A stretch of 64,000 bases of DNA from Betaproteobacteria bacterium (GTDB lineage Bacteria; Pseudomonadota; Gammaproteobacteria; Burkholderiales; Ga0077523). Both the position numbers and the translations under genes were made by a program. Within the stretch, counting starts at the first letter, position 1. Each line of letters starts with the position of its first letter. The stretch spans positions 8,826 through 72,825 of the forward strand of contig JBAXBV010000016.1 in NCBI GenBank assembly GCA_037141795.1. Direction: 5' to 3'. Positions 10,116 to 18,855 of the stretch are shown here, one piece after another. Below the pieces are notes generated by a model. It was given only the letters and a program-made list of their open reading frames with translations, was not told where the DNA came from and did no database searches.

Positions 10116-11215
10116 GCTCGACGCTCCCGCAGCCGGGCGATCCAGCCCGCCACGCCGCGGGGCAGGAACAGGGTGACCGCCACGAACAAGGCCCCGAGAA
10201 AGAACAGCCAGTACTCGGGAAATGATTGGGTGAAGAAGCTCTTGGCCCCGTTGACGAGGGCCGCCCCGATGAGCGGTCCCAGGAGGGTTCCTCGCCCCCC
10301 CACTGCCACCCAGATCGCGATCTCGATGGAATTGGCCGGCGACATCTCGCTCGGGTTGATGATGCCCACCTGGGGGACGTAGAGCGCCCCGGCGACACCG
10401 CAGAGGACCGCGGAGAGCGTCCACACCGAGAGCTTGTACCAGAGGGGGTTGTAGCCCGAGAACATCAGGCGGCTCTCCGAATCCCGGATCGCGGTGAGGA
10501 CCCGCCCGTACTTGGAGCGGATCAGGGCCCGCGTGAGCATCAGGCATGCGGCAAGATAGACACCCGTGATGGCGAACAGGAACGCACGGGTGTCCGGCTC
10601 GGCGACGCGGAAACCGAGGATGCGCTTGAAATCCGTGAAGCCGTTGTTGCCGCCGAAGCCCGTGTCGTTGCGGAAGAACAGGAGCATGAGCGCGAAGGTT
10701 AGGGCCTGGGTGATGATGGAGAAGTACACCCCCCTGATGCGGGAGCGGAAGGCGAAGAACCCGAACACGAAGGCGAGCAGTCCGGGCACGAGAACCACCA
10801 GCGTTGCGGCGTACCAGAAATGGTCCGTGAAGGACCAGTACCAGGGGTAGGCCTTCCAGTCGAGAAACACCATGAAATCCGGCAGGTCGCTCTGGTACTG
10901 CCCCTCGCGCCCGATCATACGCATGAGATACATGCCGAAGGCATATCCGCCGAGCGCGAAGAAGGCCCCATGACCGAGGCTGAGGATGCCCGTGTAGCCC
11001 CAGATGAGGTTCATGGCTACGGCCACCACGCAGTAGCACATGATCTTGCCGATCAGCGTGACGAAGTAGGCCGACAGGTGGAACGGGCTCGATTCGGGAA
11101 CGGCAAGGAACAGCACGGGCACCAGGACCACCACGGTGGCCAGGAAGGCGGCCATCGCGGCCCAGCCCCTGGGGCCGAAGAGCGGTTCACGGCCCGGAAT
11201 GGCGAAGGTGGACAT
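10112..11215 (-). CDS. urtC: Urea ABC transporter permease UrtC
   Basis: 367-aa polytopic LivM-family permease sitting between urtB and urtD. Confidence 0.9.
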   Translation of the reverse strand: MSTFAIPGREPLFGPRGWAAMAAFLATVVVLVPVLFLAVPESSPFHLSAYFVTLIGKIMCYCVVAVAMNLIWGYTGILSLGHGAFFALGGYAFGMYLMRMIGREGQYQSDLPDFMVFLDWKAYPWYWSFTDHFWYAATLVVLVPGLLAFVFGFFAFRSRIRGVYFSIITQALTFALMLLFFRNDTGFGGNNGFTDFKRILGFRVAEPDTRAFLFAITGVYLAACLMLTRALIRSKYGRVLTAIRDSESRLMFSGYNPLWYKLSVWTLSAVLCGVAGALYVPQVGIINPSEMSPANSIEIAIWVAVGGRGTLLGPLIGAALVNGAKSFFTQSFPEYWLFFLGALFVAVTLFLPRGVAGWIARLRERRA

Positions 11216-11216
11216 C

Positions 11217-12845
11217 TCAGTTCTCCACGGACCGGCCCTTCAGGGCGAACAGCCCCTGCGGACGCTTCTGGATGAAGGCGATGATCAGCACCAGGATGAG
11301 GATTTTCGTGGGCACCGCGCCGATGTGGGTCTCGAGAAGCTTGGACGCGACACCCAGCCCGAGGGCAGCGTAGACCGTGCCGAGCAACTGGCCCACCCCC
11401 CCGAGCACCACCACCATGAAGGAATCGATGATGTAGCTCTGGCCGAGGTCCGGGCCCACGTTGCCCACCTGGGACAGGGCGCAACCGGCAAGCCCTCCGA
11501 TGCCCGAGCCGAGGCCGAAGGCAAGCAGGTCGACGCGCCCCGTCGGCACGCCGACGCAGGAGGCCATGGTGCGGTTCTGCGTGACGCCGCGGATGAACAG
11601 CCCGAGGCGCGTCTTCGAGAGCATGAGCCAGACGAGCAGCAGCACTGCAGCCGAGAACGCGATGATCACGATACGGTTGTAGGGAAGCACAAGGCTGGTG
11701 AGTTCGATCCCCCCGCTCATCCAGCTGGGGTTGGCCACTTCCACGTTCTGGGCGCCGAAGACCTGACGCACGGCCTGGATGAGGAACAGGCTGATACCCC
11801 AGGTCGCGAGAAGTGTTTCGAGCGGTCGCCCATACAGCCAGCGGATGACGGTGCGCTCGAGGAGCATGCCCACGGCGCCGGCGGCGATGAAGGCCACCGG
11901 CAGGGCGCACGGCAGGTACCAGTCCACGCTGGCCGGAAAGTGCGACCGGAACACCTGCTGGGTCGCATAGGTCGCGTAGGCGCCGATCATCAGCATCTCG
12001 CCGTGCGCCATGTTGATCACGCCCAGCAGGCCGTAGGTGATCGCCAGGCCCAGCGCGACGAGAAGCAGGATGCTGCCGAGACTGGCGCCCGTGAAAAGAC
12101 GCCCCACGTAATCGTAGAGCAGGAGACGACGCTCGATCAGGGACACGGCTTCAATCGCCGCTTCACGGACGGCGGCATCCGGTTCCGCGTATGCGCCCGC
12201 CGCGGACTTCTCGGTCAGGGGCTGGAGCAGGGTCTTGGCCTTGCCGTCCGGACTCTGCGCGAGAACCGCGATCGCGGCAATCCTGTCCTTGCTGTCGGTA
12301 CCCTGGAGGCGGGCCGCCGCTTCCGACTGACGCAGCACCGCCCTCACCGCAGGGTCGGACTCCGCCGCAAGCGCCCTGCCGAGAAGGGCGAGCGTTCCCG
12401 GTCCGGGTTCAATGCCGCGTGCGGCCTCCAGGCGATCCTTCGGGTCACGGGCCAGTATCCGCAGCGAGGCCACTGCCGACTCCACCTGCGAGCGAAGTCT
12501 GTTGTTGATCGTGACCTTCTCGAGACCGTCCGGTTCCGCGTCGAGCGCCTGGCCGGTCACGGCATCGGTGAGCTTGCCGCGCTCCCTGATCACGAACTGC
12601 CTCGAGGGAGTCACGCGCAGCTGGCCGTCGCGCAGCGCGGTCAGCAGAGCCGCCGCGGCCGGGTCCCCTGCAGCTGCGATCGCCTCGATGGCAGCCGCCT
12701 TGTCCGACGCCTCTTCCGAGGCCAGTCCGGCCACCGCCGCAGCGTCGAGCGCCTGCGCGTCCCGGCAGACAACCAGACCCAGCGCCATCCAGAACGCGAC
12801 CGCAACGCCCGCGCTCCAGCGCGCAAACTTTCGCTCCATGAGCAT
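11217..12845 (-). CDS. urtB: Urea ABC transporter permease UrtB, with a ~230-aa N-terminal periplasmic Ala-rich repeat extension
   Basis: 542 aa. The C-terminal 300 aa are LivH-like (GVINMAHGEMLMIGAY, RGVTQNRTMA). The N-terminal part has a signal/anchor and then helical Ala/Asp-rich repeats. Confidence 0.9.
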   Translation of the reverse strand: MLMERKFARWSAGVAVAFWMALGLVVCRDAQALDAAAVAGLASEEASDKAAAIEAIAAAGDPAAAALLTALRDGQLRVTPSRQFVIRERGKLTDAVTGQALDAEPDGLEKVTINNRLRSQVESAVASLRILARDPKDRLEAARGIEPGPGTLALLGRALAAESDPAVRAVLRQSEAAARLQGTDSKDRIAAIAVLAQSPDGKAKTLLQPLTEKSAAGAYAEPDAAVREAAIEAVSLIERRLLLYDYVGRLFTGASLGSILLLVALGLAITYGLLGVINMAHGEMLMIGAYATYATQQVFRSHFPASVDWYLPCALPVAFIAAGAVGMLLERTVIRWLYGRPLETLLATWGISLFLIQAVRQVFGAQNVEVANPSWMSGGIELTSLVLPYNRIVIIAFSAAVLLLVWLMLSKTRLGLFIRGVTQNRTMASCVGVPTGRVDLLAFGLGSGIGGLAGCALSQVGNVGPDLGQSYIIDSFMVVVLGGVGQLLGTVYAALGLGVASKLLETHIGAVPTKILILVLIIAFIQKRPQGLFALKGRSVEN

Positions 12846-12952
12846 TTCCCCTTGTTCTATGGAAACCGGCGGACGGGGTGCCCACGGGTCTTCCTTGCAA
12901 CATGGCCCCGCGGGGCGCGCTCAACGCGCCCCGCGGAAAACAGCGCCAGGGA

Positions 12953-14209
12953 TCAGAGCTTCTGCTTGCCCTCGTTACCCGGGATGAACGGGCTCCAGGG
13001 TTGGGCACGGATCGGGCCCTTCGTCTTCCAGACCACGTCGAACTGGCCGTCATCCTGGACTTCGCCGATCATCACCGGCTTGTGGAGGTGGTGATTGGTT
13101 TCGTCCATCTTGAGCGTGAAGCCCGATGGCGCCTTGAAGGTCTGGCCCGACATGGCCTTGCGGACCTTGTCCACGTCGGTCGACTTGGCCTTCTCGACAG
13201 CCTGCTTCCACATGTGGATGCCCACGTAGGTCGCTTCCATGGGGTCGTTGGTCACGACCGTGTCGAGGTTCGGGATGTTGTTCTTCTTCGCCCAATCCTT
13301 GTACAGCTTGATGAAGCCGGTGTTCTCGGAGTTCTTCACCGACATGAAGTAGTTCCATGCGGCCAGATGACCCACCAGCGGCTTGGTGTCCACGCCGCGC
13401 AGTTCCTCTTCACCCACCGAGAAGGCCACCACGGGAACGTCGGTCGCCTTCAGACCCTGGTTGCCGAGTTCCTTGTAGAACGGAACGTTGGAGTCGCCGT
13501 TGATCGTGGAGACGACGGCGGTCTTCTTGCCCTCCCCGGCAAATTTCTTGATCTTGGCGATGATCGTCTGGTAGTCCGAGTGACCGAAGGGGGTGTAGTC
13601 CTCCATGATGTCGCTCTCCGCCACACCCTTGCTCTTGAGGAACGCGCGCAGGATCTTGTTGGTGGTGCGGGGATACACGTAGTCGGTGCCGAGCAGGACC
13701 CAGCGCTTGGCACTGCCCCCGTCCTTGCTCATCAGGTACTCCACGGCGGGGATGGCCTGCTGGTTCGGAGCCGCACCCGTGTAGAACACGTTCTGGGAAA
13801 GCTCCTCACCCTCGTACTGAACGGGGTAGAAGAGCAGGCTGTTGAGTTCCTCGAAGACGGGAAGCACGGACTTGCGGGATACGGAGGTCCAGCATCCGAA
13901 CACGACCGAAACCTTGTCCTGGGTGATGAGCTGGCGAGCCTTCTCGGCAAACAGCGGCCAGTTGGACGCGGGGTCCACCACGACCGCCTCGAGCTTCTTG
14001 CCGAGCACACCACCTTTCCCATTGATCTCGTCGATGGTCATCAGCACGGTGTTCTTGAGTGCGGTCTCGCTGATGGCCATGGTGCCGGACAGCGAGTGCA
14101 GTACCCCGACCTTGATCGTGTCCGCGGCGGCGGCGAGCCCCGCGGAGGTGAGTACCCAGGCGCCGGCGACGGCGGCCGCTGCTGCCTTCAGGACGTGACG
14201 ACGTTTCAT
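12953..14209 (-). CDS. urtA: Urea ABC transporter substrate-binding protein UrtA
   Basis: Start at ATG 14209 (MKRRHVLKAAAAAVAGAWV, Tat-like signal). IKVGVLHSLSGTMAISE...WTSVSRKSVLPVFEE...LFYPVQYEGEE. Confidence 0.9.
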   Translation of the reverse strand: MKRRHVLKAAAAAVAGAWVLTSAGLAAAADTIKVGVLHSLSGTMAISETALKNTVLMTIDEINGKGGVLGKKLEAVVVDPASNWPLFAEKARQLITQDKVSVVFGCWTSVSRKSVLPVFEELNSLLFYPVQYEGEELSQNVFYTGAAPNQQAIPAVEYLMSKDGGSAKRWVLLGTDYVYPRTTNKILRAFLKSKGVAESDIMEDYTPFGHSDYQTIIAKIKKFAGEGKKTAVVSTINGDSNVPFYKELGNQGLKATDVPVVAFSVGEEELRGVDTKPLVGHLAAWNYFMSVKNSENTGFIKLYKDWAKKNNIPNLDTVVTNDPMEATYVGIHMWKQAVEKAKSTDVDKVRKAMSGQTFKAPSGFTLKMDETNHHLHKPVMIGEVQDDGQFDVVWKTKGPIRAQPWSPFIPGNEGKQKL

Positions 14210-14308
14210 GTATGGACGCTCCATTGTTGGGGGAATGAGCGCTTCCGCCACTCCGCTGCTGCCAGGCCCTTGCCGGGCTGAGGAGGCGGCTACGCGCACC
14301 CCTGTCTC

Positions 14309-14324
14309 TGCAATGGGTGTGCCA
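14309..14324 (-). promoter_or_regulatory. Sigma54 (-24/-12) promoter of the urtABCDE-ureABC block
   Basis: Minus strand reads TGGCAC-ACCCA-TTGCA, a full match to TGGCAC-N5-TTGCW. It lies about 100 nt upstream of the urtA ATG. Confidence 0.65.
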
Positions 14325-14439
14325 AACGAAACGAAACCATGGAAATCCCTGCGGCGAGGGAACTTTCCCCCTCATCACGCAGGTTGGACGCAGACGCCGG
14401 CGAGCGGCGCCGTGAACTGAGCGCACCGAATACGAGCGA

Positions 14440-14458
14440 TCGCACTGATGCTGTGCGA
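14440..14458 (-). promoter_or_regulatory. Candidate NtrC-type enhancer site
   Basis: Inverted repeat TCGCAC-tgatgct-GTGCGA (GCAC-N7-GTGC core as in TGCACC-N5-GGTGCA), about 120 bp upstream of the sigma54 element. A weaker half-match GCACcgaatacGAGC lies at 14423-14437. Confidence 0.35.
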
Positions 14459-14527
14459 AGCCGGGCGCCTTGGCTACGGTCGCGGATGCGCGGATGTCCC
14501 CGCACAAGGGCGCATGGAACGAACGCG

Positions 14528-14803
14528 TCAGTCGGGGCGGTCCGCCACGTTCTCCAGGTCCCTCTCGACCAGGGGGCGGACCAGCTCGAGCGCCTCGCCG
14601 AGGCAGGCCTCGGGCAGCGTGTCCAGGCACTTCGCCAGCACGTCGGCGGCATCGTAGGCCGACTCGGGCAGTTCGTCTGCGCTCAGGTTCGCGAAAAACA
14701 CCGAGGCGGCGCCGATGGTGCGCAGCAGGCTTTCACGCTCGCTCATGAGCATCTCGATTTCGGCACGCAACAACTCGGCGTCATTGTTCTGGGCGCGGGC
14801 CAT
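14528..14803 (-). CDS. Hypothetical acidic 91-aa protein with a predicted coiled-coil N-terminus
   Basis: Strong GC3 bias. AAGGAG sits 6 nt upstream of ATG 14803 (MARAQNNDAELLRAEIEML...). I recognise no family. Confidence 0.6.
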   Translation of the reverse strand: MARAQNNDAELLRAEIEMLMSERESLLRTIGAASVFFANLSADELPESAYDAADVLAKCLDTLPEACLGEALELVRPLVERDLENVADRPD

Positions 14804-14884
14804 GATCATCTCCTTGTGGTTCTGTCCTGAACCCCCGATGGTGCCACAGGATCGGGACAGCCCGGCGACACCACGGGCAACCGC

Positions 14885-15853
14885 TCAGGCCCTCGCGCGA
14901 TCGTGGAAGATGTACCCCAGGCTGTTGAGCAGCAGCTGGGCCGCGAGGATCGCGGTGATGCCCGTGGGATCGTAGGCCGGCGCCACCTCGACCAGATCCA
15001 TGCCGATGATGTTGCCGCGGCTTCGGTTCGACAGGGCCTTGATGATCTCCAGCACCTCATAATAGAGAAAGCCTCCGTGGCTGGGCGTGCCGGTTCCGGG
15101 CGCGATCGAGGGGTCGAAGCCATCGATGTCGATCGTCAGATAGCAGGCCACGTCCTTCGGGATGAGGTCGACGACCTGGGCCGTCCCCATCCGCCTCACA
15201 TCCCGTACCGACAGGATCCGGGACCCGGCCGCGATGGCGTCCTGGTAGTCGGACCGGTTCGACGAGGACACGTTGCGGATGCCGATCTGGGTCATGCCGG
15301 CGACATGCTCGAGCTCCGATGACCGGCGCAACGGATTCCCGTGGCCGTAACGCACCCCGTGGCGCTCGTCCACGAAATCGAGATGCGCGTCGATGTGCAG
15401 AATGTGGATCGGGCCCCGGCCCTCGAAGGCACGCATCACCGGAGCGTGGATGGAATGGTCCCCGCCCAGCACGAGCGGGAAAGCGCCCTTCTCCAGGAGG
15501 GTCCGGACGGCGAACTCTATATTGGCGTTGCTCTTCTGCATGTCGGTATGGACGATGTCGGCGTCGCCCACATCCACGATGCGCAGGTCCTCGCGGGTCA
15601 GGTACAGCGTGTCGTCCTCGAAGTCGTACGCCCCCGCGTGGCCGAAGGAGAACAGGGTCGAAGCCTCGCGAATCGCGCGCGGGCCGAAGCGCGCCCCCGA
15701 ACGCCACTGCGTCCCCATGTCGTTCGGCGCCCCCAGCACGGCGACCTCCGCATCGATGGCATTCCAGTCCGTGCACACGGGTGCCTTGGCGAATGTGCTG
15801 TGTCCGACGAAAGGCAGGTTCAGGCGGCCGGTCTCGTATGCGTTTTCTGCCAT
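14885..15853 (-). CDS. Arginase-family ureohydrolase (agmatinase / guanidino-acid hydrolase type)
   Basis: 322 aa with metal-binding motifs LVLGGDHS, HIDAHLDF, TIDIDGFDP and DLVEVAP. Start at ATG 15853 (MAENAYETG). Confidence 0.9.
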   Translation of the reverse strand: MAENAYETGRLNLPFVGHSTFAKAPVCTDWNAIDAEVAVLGAPNDMGTQWRSGARFGPRAIREASTLFSFGHAGAYDFEDDTLYLTREDLRIVDVGDADIVHTDMQKSNANIEFAVRTLLEKGAFPLVLGGDHSIHAPVMRAFEGRGPIHILHIDAHLDFVDERHGVRYGHGNPLRRSSELEHVAGMTQIGIRNVSSSNRSDYQDAIAAGSRILSVRDVRRMGTAQVVDLIPKDVACYLTIDIDGFDPSIAPGTGTPSHGGFLYYEVLEIIKALSNRSRGNIIGMDLVEVAPAYDPTGITAILAAQLLLNSLGYIFHDRARA

Positions 15854-16152
15854 GCTGGAACTCCGGTCAAGAGGTGGATGCGCCGCGTCACGAACGCCAC
15901 CGGCGCGCGAACACCGCCGACCCCTGTGGCCGCGCCGTGCCAACCCGACCGGCACGCCGGACAGCGATGCTCATCGCACCGCCCCTGCCAGCGGGGTCGA
16001 GGGGTCTACGTTCGTGGAACAAGCCCCGACAGCAGGCAATCCCCATGCCCGTCGCGGCCCGACGGCGCCGTCCCCCTGCCCGTGCCGGACCGAGGGACTC
16101 TTCATCCCGCAACCCGCCCGCGGCCCTTCGCGGCACAGGCAGGCCGTCGGGG

Positions 16153-16482
16153 CTACCGCAGCGGGATGACCTTGCCCTCCTCCATGACCCGCTCGGCCAG
16201 GTGAAGGGCCACGACGCTGCTGCCGAGCAGGGTCACGGCACCTTCGAGCCGGTTGTTGCCGGTGTCGCTGTATTCGAACCGATAGACCCGCTGCAGCCGC
16301 AGGCGCCCGTCGTCGTCGCGCCGGATGCGCACGCGGTCCTGCGCCACGGTCCAGTCTAGGAACTGAAGGCCCTCGGCAGCGCAGGCGCGCTCCCCGGCCG
16401 CGAGGGCAGCCTCCCGCGCGTTCAGGGTATCGACCCAGAACCACCCGACCGCGACTGCGGCAAGCAGTGCCAGCCATTCCAT
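16153..16482 (-). CDS. DUF3301-like small membrane-anchored protein
   Basis: 109 aa. N-terminal TM segment MEWLALLAAVAVGWFWV, then AREAALAAGERACAAEGLQFLDWTV...RLRLQRVYRFEYSDTG, a pattern typical of DUF3301. Confidence 0.65.
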   Translation of the reverse strand: MEWLALLAAVAVGWFWVDTLNAREAALAAGERACAAEGLQFLDWTVAQDRVRIRRDDDGRLRLQRVYRFEYSDTGNNRLEGAVTLLGSSVVALHLAERVMEEGKVIPLR

Positions 16483-16511
16483 GGGTCAGGACCGTTCCCG
16501 GCGGGCGGCGA

Positions 16512-17003
16512 TCACGAGTCCCCCGTCGCGACGCTGACCAGCACCGGCGAGAGCACCCGCACGATGTCCTTCGGGTCGATGCCGACCAGGTAGCCCCGGC
16601 GCCCGCCGTTGATGTAGGTGCGCGGCAGGTCCAGCACGGTCTTCTCGAGGTACACGGGCATGACCTTTCTCGTACCGAACGGCGAGGTGCCCCCGACCAG
16701 GTAGCCCGAGTGCCGGTTGGCGGTTTCCGGGGAACAGGGCAGCACGGACTTCACACCGATCACCCGCGCCAGTTCCCGGGTGGACACCATCCGGTTCCCG
16801 TGCATCAGCACGACAAGAGGTCTTCTTGCTTCGTCTTCCATGACGAGCGTCTTGATCACGGCGTACTCGTCCACGCCGAGTTCGCGCGCGGAAACCGCCG
16901 TGCCGCCGCGTTCCTCGTAGGCGTAGGGATGATCGCTGAAGTTCACGCCCGCCTCGCGCAGGACCCGCACCGCCGCTGTCACCGGAAGCTTTTCCTTCGC
17001 CAT
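16512..17003 (-). CDS. ybaK: Cys-tRNA(Pro)/Cys-tRNA(Cys) deacylase, YbaK/EbsC family
   Basis: 163 aa, TAAVRVLREAGVNFSDHPYAYE...KTLVM...GYLVGGTSPFG. Confidence 0.85.
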   Translation of the reverse strand: MAKEKLPVTAAVRVLREAGVNFSDHPYAYEERGGTAVSARELGVDEYAVIKTLVMEDEARRPLVVLMHGNRMVSTRELARVIGVKSVLPCSPETANRHSGYLVGGTSPFGTRKVMPVYLEKTVLDLPRTYINGGRRGYLVGIDPKDIVRVLSPVLVSVATGDS

Positions 17004-17719
17004 CAGCCCCCCGCCGTCAGTGCGCGATACAGGCTGTGCAGCATGCCTGCCGTGGCACCCCAGATATTGCGGCCAGCGTAGGGCATTACGTAGAAGTGGC
17101 GCTGCGACCCTTCGCGCATCGCGCTGCGCCGCTCATGGTTCGCGGGATTGAGGAAAAACTCCAGCGGCACCTCGAAGATCTCCGCCACCTCGAAGGGGTC
17201 CGGCTGCAGCTCGAAGGGCGGCTCCACCCAGCCCACGACCGGGGTCACCCGGAAACCGGTCGCGATGTCGTAGTCCGGCAGGAAACCCAGGGGGTCGACC
17301 CGGTCCCGGGCAAGACCGGTCTCCTCGAGGGTCTCCCGCAAGGCGGTGTCGACACGATCGCTGTCTCCGGGGTCCACCCGCCCGCCCGGGAAGCTGATCT
17401 GGCCGGCGTGCGCATGGAGGTGGGCCGTGCGCTGGGTCAGGAGAACCGTGGCCCCGGCAGGCCGGTTCACGAGGGGCACCAGCACCGCCGCCGGCACCGG
17501 CACCCGGTCTTCGGCATGGCGATAGGCCGGCAAGGGGTCCTCGAACGGGGGCAGACCTGCGCTGACGGCCTGGAGCCGCTGCACGACCCATTCCCGGGTG
17601 ATGCGGTAACCAACCGATTCCAAGGGACTCTTCCATAAAGGGGGCAGACCGGCTCCGACGCCGGCGAACACGCGAAATTCTACCGGGCGGGCGCCACCGT
17701 GCGGACGACAAGCCGGCAT
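17003..17719 (-). CDS. NUDIX hydrolase, CoA pyrophosphatase (NudL-like). Start uncertain (17719, 17743 or 17773).
   Basis: AAVLVPLV...LLTQRTAHLHAHAGQISFPGGRVD...ALRETLEETGL Nudix box, with downstream GFRVTPVVG typical of NudL. Confidence 0.8.
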   Translation of the reverse strand: MPACRPHGGARPVEFRVFAGVGAGLPPLWKSPLESVGYRITREWVVQRLQAVSAGLPPFEDPLPAYRHAEDRVPVPAAVLVPLVNRPAGATVLLTQRTAHLHAHAGQISFPGGRVDPGDSDRVDTALRETLEETGLARDRVDPLGFLPDYDIATGFRVTPVVGWVEPPFELQPDPFEVAEIFEVPLEFFLNPANHERRSAMREGSQRHFYVMPYAGRNIWGATAGMLHSLYRALTAGG

Positions 17720-17784
17720 ATACTTCTCCCGTCGGCGTGACATGTGGTCCCGCCGCGCGCCCTTTTCAAGCAAGGAGAGTCAAC

Positions 17785-18021
17785 ATGCGCATCCGGTCCG
17801 CCCTGCTCGCCCTGGCCTTCGCCGCACCCGCCTGGGCCGCCCACTGCCCGCTGGACATGAAGGCCATCGACGAAGCGCTGTCGAAGAAACCCTCCCTCAC
17901 CACCGCGCAGCTGGAAGAAGTCACCCGGCTGCGGGCCGAGGGAGAGGCCGCCCACAAGGCGGGCAAGCACGGCGACTCCGTGGAAGCTCTCGGCAAGGCC
18001 CGCAAGATCCTCGGCATCTGA
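17785..18021 (+). CDS. Small secreted protein (78 aa) with signal peptide
   Basis: AAGGAGAG RBS 6 nt before ATG 17785. MRIRSALLALAFAAPAWA signal. High GC3. Confidence 0.55.
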   Translation: MRIRSALLALAFAAPAWAAHCPLDMKAIDEALSKKPSLTTAQLEEVTRLRAEGEAAHKAGKHGDSVEALGKARKILGI

Positions 18022-18062
18022 ACTGAGCCGGGGCGGCGGACCAGCCGCCCCGGCACCGCCCC

Positions 18063-18338
18063 GTGATCCGCATTCTTGCCGCCCTGGCGGTTTTCGTGAC
18101 CGGCGCCGCGCGGGCTGACTGCCGGCTGGAAATCGAGTTGATCGGCATCGACCTGAGGCAGGTTCGCCTGTCCGAAAGCCAGAAACTCGCCATGGCCCCC
18201 TTCATCGACGACGGCCTCAAGCGCTGCCGTCTGGGGCGGGATGCCGAGGCCATGACCTACTTCGAGAAGGCCCGCAAGGCAGCCGGCATCGAACGGCACG
18301 ACGACGATCCCGACGCTGAACCCCAGCCGCGCCGCTGA
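18063..18338 (+). CDS. Small secreted protein (91 aa), distant paralog of 17785..18021. GTG start.
   Basis: MIRILAALAVFVTGAARA signal. C-terminal FEKARKAAGI resembles ALGKARKILGI of the neighbouring gene. Confidence 0.45.
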   Translation: MIRILAALAVFVTGAARADCRLEIELIGIDLRQVRLSESQKLAMAPFIDDGLKRCRLGRDAEAMTYFEKARKAAGIERHDDDPDAEPQPRR

Positions 18339-18354
18339 AGGACGCGATACGGGG

Positions 18355-18849
18355 TCAGGGAAGGGGCGAGTCCAACGGCCGGACGGCGTCTCCCTGGCGG
18401 ATCCACCCTGCGGCCACGACGCGCGCCGTCAGGCCACCGGCGTTTCGCATGGCATCGAAACCGCCCGCGCCGAGTGCCTCCTCCATGCGTTGGCAGGGGT
18501 CACAGGGGCCCGTCACCTCCAGCACCGCCGTCCCGACCTGAAGGGTTGCCCCGCGAAGAAGCGCGAGGTCGAGTCCGCGCACCAGCAGGTTGCGACGCAT
18601 GAGCCCCGGGGCGATGGCCGCAATGCCGAGCTTCCTTGCCACCGCAGCCACCTGTGCCTCATCGACCAGCGTGACCTGCCGCACCGGATTGAACCTGGCA
18701 GCCGCGCAATCACCGCGCAGCCCGCGGGCGAGAAGGGCTTCCACGTGCTCCACCTCCACGACAGGCTGCCGCCGGGCGGGCCGCAGGCCGATCCACACCA
18801 CCTGCCCGCAGGAGGCGACGGCGCCGGCGAACGGGCTATCCGTCAGCAT
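18355..18849 (-). CDS. MOSC domain-containing protein
   Basis: 164 aa with RRNLLVRGLDL...LEVTGPCDPCQRME (conserved MOSC cysteine region). Lies 7 nt downstream of maeB. Confidence 0.8.
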   Translation of the reverse strand: MLTDSPFAGAVASCGQVVWIGLRPARRQPVVEVEHVEALLARGLRGDCAAARFNPVRQVTLVDEAQVAAVARKLGIAAIAPGLMRRNLLVRGLDLALLRGATLQVGTAVLEVTGPCDPCQRMEEALGAGGFDAMRNAGGLTARVVAAGWIRQGDAVRPLDSPLP

Positions 18850-18855
18850 CAGGCA

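Noticed and set aside
9291-11039. Extended N-termini offered by the ORF track. Examples: urtD 582 aa, urtA 448 aa, UxaA 661 aa, nadE 611 aa, phytase-like 559 aa, maeB 775 aa, ligase 709 aa, glnB 262 aa, sfsA 336 aa, ald 442 aa, DUF4344-like 412 aa.
   Set aside because: In every case the family-typical N-terminus begins at an internal ATG or GTG. That start often has an RBS or an ATGA/GTGA overlap with the upstream gene. The extra upstream residues overlap neighbouring genes or are low-complexity.
15854-16152. Possible guanidine riboswitch (ykkC, mini-ykkC or ykkC-III type) in the 300-nt region upstream of the ureohydrolase.
   Set aside because: I read the minus-strand sequence for ACGR-tetraloop hairpin pairs and for the conserved ykkC and ykkC-III cores. 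Two ACGG occurrences exist, but their flanks do not form the required closing stems. No conserved core strings were seen. A covariance-model scan would be decisive.
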